Of a DNA stretch of 64,000 nucleotides, positions 58,244-64,000 are shown piece by piece. Source of the DNA: a virus (lineage: Duplodnaviria; Caudoviricetes); IMG/VR virus record IMGVR_UViG_3300024331_000152, positions 64,001 to 128,000 of that record; one strand, given 5' to 3'. Under the pieces are notes generated by a model. It saw only the letters and a program-made list of their open reading frames with translations. It was not told the DNA's origin and did not search any database. Both the position numbers and the translations under genes were made by a program. Each line of letters begins with the position of its first letter. Position 1 is the first letter of the stretch.

Positions 58244-58548
58244 AACTTCTCGCCGCAGTTCTGGGGATTGCCTTGCTGGTGGGGTGCAGCAAGCCAGTCG
58301 TTAGCCCCGACGTCGTGCAGCACACCCGCAAAGTCTGGATGAGTGAGGATACTCTCTACTACCTGTTCACGTATCAGGGGCGCGATTATGGGTGCGGCCA
58401 TATCGAGCGTTCGAACAATGGTTGGGTCTATCATGCGGACGTCAATAACTGGCACTTCGATAGAAACGCGACCATCGTCACTCCAGAGTCGGAATGGAAT
58501 TCATTTTCTGATGCAGAAAGGTTCGTTGAGCAATGGTGCAAACCGTGA
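58240..58548 (+). CDS. Putative lipoprotein, paralog of the upstream gene
   Basis: MKLLAAVLGIALLVGC; ends WCKP. Confidence 0.65.
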   Translation: MKLLAAVLGIALLVGCSKPVVSPDVVQHTRKVWMSEDTLYYLFTYQGRDYGCGHIERSNNGWVYHADVNNWHFDRNATIVTPESEWNSFSDAERFVEQWCKP

Positions 58549-58940
58549 AGATGTTGGCATGGATAGTTCTTGGGATTGGGATAGCGTGTGCGGGGCAGCA
58601 ACCGCATACCGAGTTAAACAAGAACTATGGTTCCAGCGGAAGCGTGTATGCTGGTCAACTGCCAGTCCCAAAAGTGGCACCCCTGAAGTGCCAGAAGTAT
58701 GAGCATGTTGAGCACTGGCCGGGGAATTGCGGCCCTGCTCCCTGTGATGCCAGTGGATGCTTCTGGGTTTGCACTATGCCTCCGCCTGATCACTGCGCTC
58801 CCGACCTCCACGTAGTCACAGAGAAGGAATGGCAGGAGTTACTATACGACAGGCAGAAAAGCATGGAAGTTGAAGAGAAATTGCTTGAGTGTATTTCTGA
58901 TCTTCGTGCGCAGATGAAAGCCTTGCAAGCCAAGCAGTGA
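58533..58940 (+). CDS. Secreted Cys-rich hypothetical protein
   Basis: Hydrophobic N-terminus, several Cys, C-terminal coiled coil. Confidence 0.55.
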   Translation: MVQTVKMLAWIVLGIGIACAGQQPHTELNKNYGSSGSVYAGQLPVPKVAPLKCQKYEHVEHWPGNCGPAPCDASGCFWVCTMPPPDHCAPDLHVVTEKEWQELLYDRQKSMEVEEKLLECISDLRAQMKALQAKQ

Positions 58941-59299
58941 CCCTCTAGGGGAGAGCGCAACTAAAACAGGCACGTTTCGAGGATGTAGAGGAAGGTGGAG
59001 GGTATGTCAGAAGTAAAATTCACGGAAGCTTTTTTGATACACACTAATGACGGTCATGTACGTACAGGCCACGTCATGCTTGAAGCTGCGGTGCCGATCC
59101 TGCTGGCAGACCACGCTGCTGCATGCGAAGCGATGGAGCGCATCAAAACCAATCTGCATAGACTCATCGTGCAGCAAGATCTCGAAAGACAGGGAACCGC
59201 AACGGGTCAAGCGCTAGAACCAGCGCTTATCACAGCAAAATTGCCCGGAGTAGATATCACAGATCGTCGTCGAGGTCCGCGCGGGAAAGGAAGAAATAA

Positions 59300-59539
59300 A
59301 TGAACCAATCCCCTCTCTCTCAATTCGTCGTAGCGTGCGTAGAGAATCATGTGCCGTATCAAGAAGCATGTAACGAGTTCCGGCGCGCATGGCTCTACGA
59401 GGATCTCAAACGGAACGGAAACAATCAATGCGCTCTTGCTGAAGAGATCGGCGTGCATCGAAATACCATAAGCCGATTCCTTCGGTCGCTCCAAGTCCAT
59501 ATTCCAGAAGGTAAAAAGAGAATGCGACATCATGCTTAA
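59300..59539 (+). CDS. Fis-family HTH protein
   Basis: EFRRAWLYEDLKRNGNNQCALAEEIGVHRNTISR. Confidence 0.8.
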   Translation: MNQSPLSQFVVACVENHVPYQEACNEFRRAWLYEDLKRNGNNQCALAEEIGVHRNTISRFLRSLQVHIPEGKKRMRHHA

Positions 59540-59771
59540 CGTACTGGCTCTGATTATGATCGTCGCTCTGATCTTCGTCACGCTCATGGGTCTTGCGTGC
59601 ATCTCCGGATATCTCTTAATCTTTTTTATTATGAGACTAATCGGAGTACGGAATGTGCCAAAAAGAGACTAATGCCGAATATCTCCTGAGGGTCATTCTC
59701 ACGGCGCTGAATGCGCAGGTGTGGCTCAAGAGTCAAACGAACGCTCAACTAAAAGTTAAGCGAGGGTCATC

Positions 59772-60437
59772 ATGTTCATCGATCCGAACATTCACCTAAT
59801 CGAGCCACCGATCATTCACGTCCAATCTGATGGTTCCAATATCGGCGGCGTAGATCCGGCCCACTACAGCTACCAGATCGTACCCGATACAGTGAATCAG
59901 GGACTTCTCTTGAACACTGCTGGTACTACTCAGCAAGGAAAGTATCCAGCTTGGCTGTGGGGGGCTCATCCTCGACCGATCAAGTCTACCAGCGGGAAAT
60001 TCTCACTGTCGTACTCGGCGATTTTCGGCGGCGACTTGAGAGGTATGAATGTTTTCGAAACCGACACGATTCTTATCTCGCAGTGCGCAGACGGAAAACG
60101 GCGCAAGTTTAATCTGTCACTCCAGCGGCATGCAACTACCGGCCAGATCGATATCGGTAACTGGACAAATACAAAGATCATGACCGGGCCGATTCAGCGC
60201 GAAACAAACTATAACGTTCGAATCGACTACTCGTGGAACGCAGTGAAGAATATCTGTTCGGTCGTGACCTATGAGCTTAACAGTGTGAGGTACGAGATCC
60301 CGCTGGCACTGCAAAATATGCCTGCGACTGATACAAACTGGTCGATTGGCGCTCTCCCACAAATTCAATTGGGATCATTGCCATCAGCTCAAGCGTGGAA
60401 CGTAAAAATCTCGAAACTGGACTACTGGTGGTACTAG
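59772..60437 (+). CDS. Hypothetical beta-rich protein
   Basis: 221-aa ORF; no family recognised. Confidence 0.65.
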   Translation: MFIDPNIHLIEPPIIHVQSDGSNIGGVDPAHYSYQIVPDTVNQGLLLNTAGTTQQGKYPAWLWGAHPRPIKSTSGKFSLSYSAIFGGDLRGMNVFETDTILISQCADGKRRKFNLSLQRHATTGQIDIGNWTNTKIMTGPIQRETNYNVRIDYSWNAVKNICSVVTYELNSVRYEIPLALQNMPATDTNWSIGALPQIQLGSLPSAQAWNVKISKLDYWWY

Positions 60438-60971
60438 GTGAACGGACCGTTCGACAGAATCGATGGAATTGTTGAAGACAAGGCAGAGTTTTCACCTTGC
60501 GACGTCTATCGATACACGTTGACACGCAATTGGGCTGATGGTCAATGCATCGCATGGCTGCTATTCAACCCGAGTACCGCTACCGCTGAACTCAATGACC
60601 CAACGATAAGAAAGGCTATCGGGTTCTCGAAACGATGGGGATTCGGCAGGCTGATCATTCTCAATCTCTATGCAGTACGGAACACTGACCCTCGTGCGGT
60701 AACGCGCATGGGGGCCAGTGCTGTCGGTCCCATGAACGACTACTGGATACTCAAGAGCCTCGGTGAGGCGCGTGAGCTGGTGTGCGCGTGGGGTTGCGCA
60801 CAGCATGCGCCAGAGATCGACATTCGGATCGCCGAAGTGATGAAGTTGATCGAAGAGCGTATGCCTGAAGTTCCAATGTCGTGTCTCGGCTACCGGAAAG
60901 ATGGACATCCCCGGCATCCGCTGATGATCGGATACGACACAAAACGTATTGAGTTCGAGGCAAGAAAATGA
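60438..60971 (+). CDS. DUF1643-family protein
   Basis: YRYTLTRNW...NPSTA...DPTIRK...NLYA.R.TDP...AWG...HPRHPL. Confidence 0.85.
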   Translation: MNGPFDRIDGIVEDKAEFSPCDVYRYTLTRNWADGQCIAWLLFNPSTATAELNDPTIRKAIGFSKRWGFGRLIILNLYAVRNTDPRAVTRMGASAVGPMNDYWILKSLGEARELVCAWGCAQHAPEIDIRIAEVMKLIEERMPEVPMSCLGYRKDGHPRHPLMIGYDTKRIEFEARK

Positions 60972-61189
60972 CGACCCGAGAAGTGATGGACATTCGCGCT
61001 GCCGCAGAGTATCTTGGCATCAGTCCTGACACACTCTACAAATACGCAACTGAACGTGCGGTGCCTGCATTTAAGATGGGTAACCGCTGGCGCTTTAAAA
61101 AGTCTCGTCTTGATGAGTGGATGGATCAGGAGATCGACAAAGGTGCAAAAAACTTAGATGGCCAAAGCAAGACCGAGAATCGATTTTGA
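60968..61189 (+). CDS. Excisionase-like HTH_17 DNA-binding protein
   Basis: MDIRAAAEYLGISPDTLYKY...PAFKMGNRWRF. Confidence 0.85.
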   Translation: MTTREVMDIRAAAEYLGISPDTLYKYATERAVPAFKMGNRWRFKKSRLDEWMDQEIDKGAKNLDGQSKTENRF

Positions 61190-61712
61190 TGGAGCCAAGC
61201 CATTTAAGGTTGATGGTGTTTATTGCAGGCTTATTTCTTTAACAAGAGGAATGTTAACCATCGTCAATGACTCCGATTATATGTGGCTGTCTCAATGGAA
61301 CTGGCGCGCTAAACTCGTTAAGTCAACGAATACATTTTATGCTTTAAGAAATAGTTCCCTTAAGGATGGTCGCAGGACCGCAATTTACATGCATCGAGAG
61401 ATTCTAGGTCTAAAGTTTGGCGATCCGCGCGAGGTTGATCATATTCGTTCCAACGAGACGCTCAATAATAGCCGATCTAATTTGCGCGTAGCAACACACG
61501 CGGAGAACATGTGCAACCGACAGATTCATCGGAATAATGCGTGCGGATATAAAGGTGTAAGATTTAATCGCAAGATCAACAAATGGCAAGCGGTCATCTG
61601 GCTTGATCGTAAACAAACCCATCTTGGAAGCTTTGAGACTCCAGAAGGCGCGCATGAAGCCTACAAATGTGCTGCCGCCGCACTTCACGGCGAATTCGCG
61701 AGGTTCAGATGA
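61158..61712 (+). CDS. HNH-AP2 homing endonuclease
   Basis: YMHREIL...VDHI...NLR...GYKGV...LHGEFA; close paralog of 34566..35114. Confidence 0.88.
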   Translation: MAKARPRIDFDGAKPFKVDGVYCRLISLTRGMLTIVNDSDYMWLSQWNWRAKLVKSTNTFYALRNSSLKDGRRTAIYMHREILGLKFGDPREVDHIRSNETLNNSRSNLRVATHAENMCNRQIHRNNACGYKGVRFNRKINKWQAVIWLDRKQTHLGSFETPEGAHEAYKCAAAALHGEFARFR

Positions 61713-62137
61713 GAGCAAAAAAGCGTATTCTCTGTATCGATGATGATGAGCAGGAACTTTCTACGTTAGCATTTACATTACGAACGCACGGCTATTACGT
61801 ATTTTCAACGCCTATCCCAGATGATGCCATCTCTCTTTTTGCGGACAATGCTGTGGATCTTGTTCTCTGCGACATGTTCATGCCGAAGATGAACGGCAGC
61901 GACTTAATCTTGAGACTGAAGAACCTCAAATCGTCTGTGCCAATGATTTTGATCGGAGACGCACGCAAGATGAACGGCTTTGTCCATGGCGCAGACGCGC
62001 TTTTGCACAAGCCGTCGCTGTCGCCCGCTGAACTTTATGAGAGGATCAAAATCATGAGTGCCCGGAAACGAGGTCCGCGCCCGGGCACTCGTCAGGCAGC
62101 TAAGCCGCTTTCTTCGTTGACGGCCTGCCTCGCTTAA
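61709..62137 (+). CDS. Stand-alone response regulator receiver (CheY-like)
   Basis: ILCIDDD, DLVLCDMFMPKMNG, HKP; tail ARKRGPR. Confidence 0.85.
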   Translation: MRAKKRILCIDDDEQELSTLAFTLRTHGYYVFSTPIPDDAISLFADNAVDLVLCDMFMPKMNGSDLILRLKNLKSSVPMILIGDARKMNGFVHGADALLHKPSLSPAELYERIKIMSARKRGPRPGTRQAAKPLSSLTACLA

Positions 62138-62765
62138 CTTCAAAACTGTCCGGAACAGGAATGGGATCGATATCGGCTCCTACCCCGAATTTCGTCATCT
62201 CCATTCCAATCAGAGATCGCACCCAGTTGCGACGTTCCTGTTTCGGAACTCTATTCAAGCTGATCTCGACCGCGTGAAGAGCGCGCTTCATGAGGACCTC
62301 CGGCGTGTGGTGCACGCTGATGACCTTCTGTTTCTTCTTTTCGAGACCATCCAGATACTGGATAATCTTCGCGGTGTCGTTTGTTTTCGGGGGACGATAC
62401 GTCTTGAAGATGTTGGGCTTATTGACAGCCCGGTAGTTTCTACTGAGGGCGATGTCGATCACCTTTTTTGGGGCGTACTCGGTAGCCGCCTTATAGAGAT
62501 TGATGTAGTTGAAAGCGGTCGAGCGGCTCATGTGGAAGGATCGCTTCAGAAAACGCACGAAGAGTCTTTTTGGTGCCAAGATCTCCTGCGCCCGCAGAAG
62601 ATGCTGTCCAATCGCAAGGCGAGATTTACCTTCAGCGTGGAGCGCGTCAGCGATGGCCCGATATTCAACTCGTAAAGAGGTTTGTTCCTGAGGTTCAAGC
62701 TTCTCCCACCCGCGCAGAGTTTCGAGATCTGCGGATGGCAATAGACCATAGGCGCGACTTGCCAT
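62100..62765 (-). CDS. Hypothetical protein (DUF3102-like N-terminus)
   Basis: LAIGQHLLRAQE...F..FL...FHMSRSTAFNYI. Confidence 0.65.
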   Translation of the reverse strand: MASRAYGLLPSADLETLRGWEKLEPQEQTSLRVEYRAIADALHAEGKSRLAIGQHLLRAQEILAPKRLFVRFLKRSFHMSRSTAFNYINLYKAATEYAPKKVIDIALSRNYRAVNKPNIFKTYRPPKTNDTAKIIQYLDGLEKKKQKVISVHHTPEVLMKRALHAVEISLNRVPKQERRNWVRSLIGMEMTKFGVGADIDPIPVPDSFEVKRGRPSTKKAA

Positions 62766-63370
62766 TATGTTTTTCTCCCGGCCCCAAAATAGGGGTTTTG
62801 CCCTCTCGGATGGTGCTTTCCACAGCCGAGTTGCCTAATTGTATACCTGTTTTCCACAGATGCCTATAAAAGCATTGACTCGTATATTCTAAAGTGGGAG
62901 GATTCAATGGTTTAACGTACCTAAAAAATCAGGAAAACTGCGATTTTGGCAATTGTGATGTCATTCCCGCAAGAGAAAACAAGTGCCGCCGTGCTCGTGA
63001 CCCGGTACGTATTCGCCGGTTTGTTATACCTAGCAGCTGCGATATTCTTGTTTTCTGTCGGTTCATTCGTGATCGTAGTTCTGTATAAGATGTGGCGATT
63101 TATCTGGGGATGATCGATGAAAACTCCAGCAGAACGGCAGACCCAGATAAGGGACTGCTTGCGCAAACGCAAAGCGCGCCTAAAGATCCGGAATCTCTGT
63201 CAGGATTGTGGTAAGAACCCGCCTGAGACCGGGAAGACCTTATGTAAAGAGTGCCTCGGCGACCGGCGAAGTCGTGCTGCAAAAAAGTAGCAGATCTAAA
63301 AACGATTTGACGAAGCGCATAATTAGCGTAGGATATGTCTGAATCAATTACACAGAGGTCCTGAAGCTAG

Positions 63371-63604
63371 ATGGCTAGACCAAAGCCTACCGCAGCCGAC
63401 ATCAAGGAGCGGGAAGAACTCGCCGTGCGGCTAAAGAAGTTCATGAAGGATAAAATGTTCAGTGAGCAGAGGCTTGCAGAAGTCGCTGACATTTCCCGGC
63501 GTACAATCCAAATGATTAAGGCCGGTGGGGTGACACCTCATCCGGACACGCTCAGAAAGTTAAATACCATCTTCAGACGGCATGAAGCGAACAGGAATCG
63601 CTAA
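63371..63604 (+). CDS. XRE/Cro-family HTH regulator
   Basis: SEQRLAEVADISRRTIQMIKAG...PHPDTLRKL. Confidence 0.8.
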   Translation: MARPKPTAADIKEREELAVRLKKFMKDKMFSEQRLAEVADISRRTIQMIKAGGVTPHPDTLRKLNTIFRRHEANRNR

Positions 63605-63618
63605 AGGAGATTCACCGC

Positions 63619-64000
63619 GTGGCGACAAACATCGAGAATGCAGTACAGGGACTCAGCGGTCACGAGATCATCACTGATCTTCTATACCAAGTCGAAAAAC
63701 AGCTCCAGCGGGATTGCAACCTCACGCCAATGTGCTGCTACGAAGGCGGATACGAGGCCGAGGTGCAGGTAAAGCTGAAGCTTCATGGAATCGATGTCGA
63801 GAAAGTGGACACCACGGTTTCGGTCGGCGTGCACGACGAACGTCCCGGCACGGTCGTGGAAGAGTCAGTCAAGGTAGATCGCGACGAGCGCCTTGATCAA
63901 GTTCGCAAACGCTCTGAGCAGCCAATTCCAACGATGACAAAGGATGGGGATGGCAAGCCAGTCGTGAAACAGCGCCGCTACCAGCAAGCTGTTCCGCACG
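63619..64000 (+). CDS. Partial hypothetical protein (runs off the window)
   Basis: SD AAGGAG before GTG 63619; frame open to the end. Confidence 0.6.
   Translation, partial: MATNIENAVQGLSGHEIITDLLYQVEKQLQRDCNLTPMCCYEGGYEAEVQVKLKLHGIDVEKVDTTVSVGVHDERPGTVVEESVKVDRDERLDQVRKRSEQPIPTMTKDGDGKPVVKQRRYQQAVPH

Noticed and set aside
1-64000. tRNA, rRNA, reverse transcriptase/DGR, IS transposase, virion structural genes
   Set aside because: No recognisable motifs seen by eye; a formal scan was not possible

Overview
The window is the non-structural (replication, early and accessory) part of a large phage or phage-plasmid genome. The host is probably an Acidobacterium, judging from a Fis-like HTH, a stand-alone receiver ending ARKRGPR and a basic KLSAAARKRIS-type protein. 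No capsid, tail, rRNA, tRNA or classical CRISPR array was seen. Genes run + from 1 to ~29.4 kb, - from ~29.6 to 49.2 kb and mostly + from ~49.5 kb onward. Recognisable genes are a replication initiator with iterons, intein-containing DnaB, SSB, a beta clamp, ParB-like proteins, a serine recombinase, a MoxR/vWA module, an OmpA/ABC module, a J-domain kinase/vWA/PurA-like module and several homing endonucleases. The most striking signal is a candidate RNA-guided system. Two paralogous RAMP/Cas7-like genes (7753-8421, 24156-24797) each sit beside non-coding arrays with strict 5-nt GGY-NN periodicity: one array has 8 TGCA-delimited units and another has 42 uninterrupted pentamers. Two further orphan tracts lie elsewhere. 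This resembles my recollection of VIPR-type non-contiguous guide systems, which I could not verify here. Other unexplained signals are at least 14 copies of TCCAG-N3-CTGGA, a ~640-nt structured leader RNA with a boxB/boxA-like site, and two pairs of a Gly-Gly-ending small protein plus a CxHP partner. All family assignments were made by eye from motifs; no searches were run.
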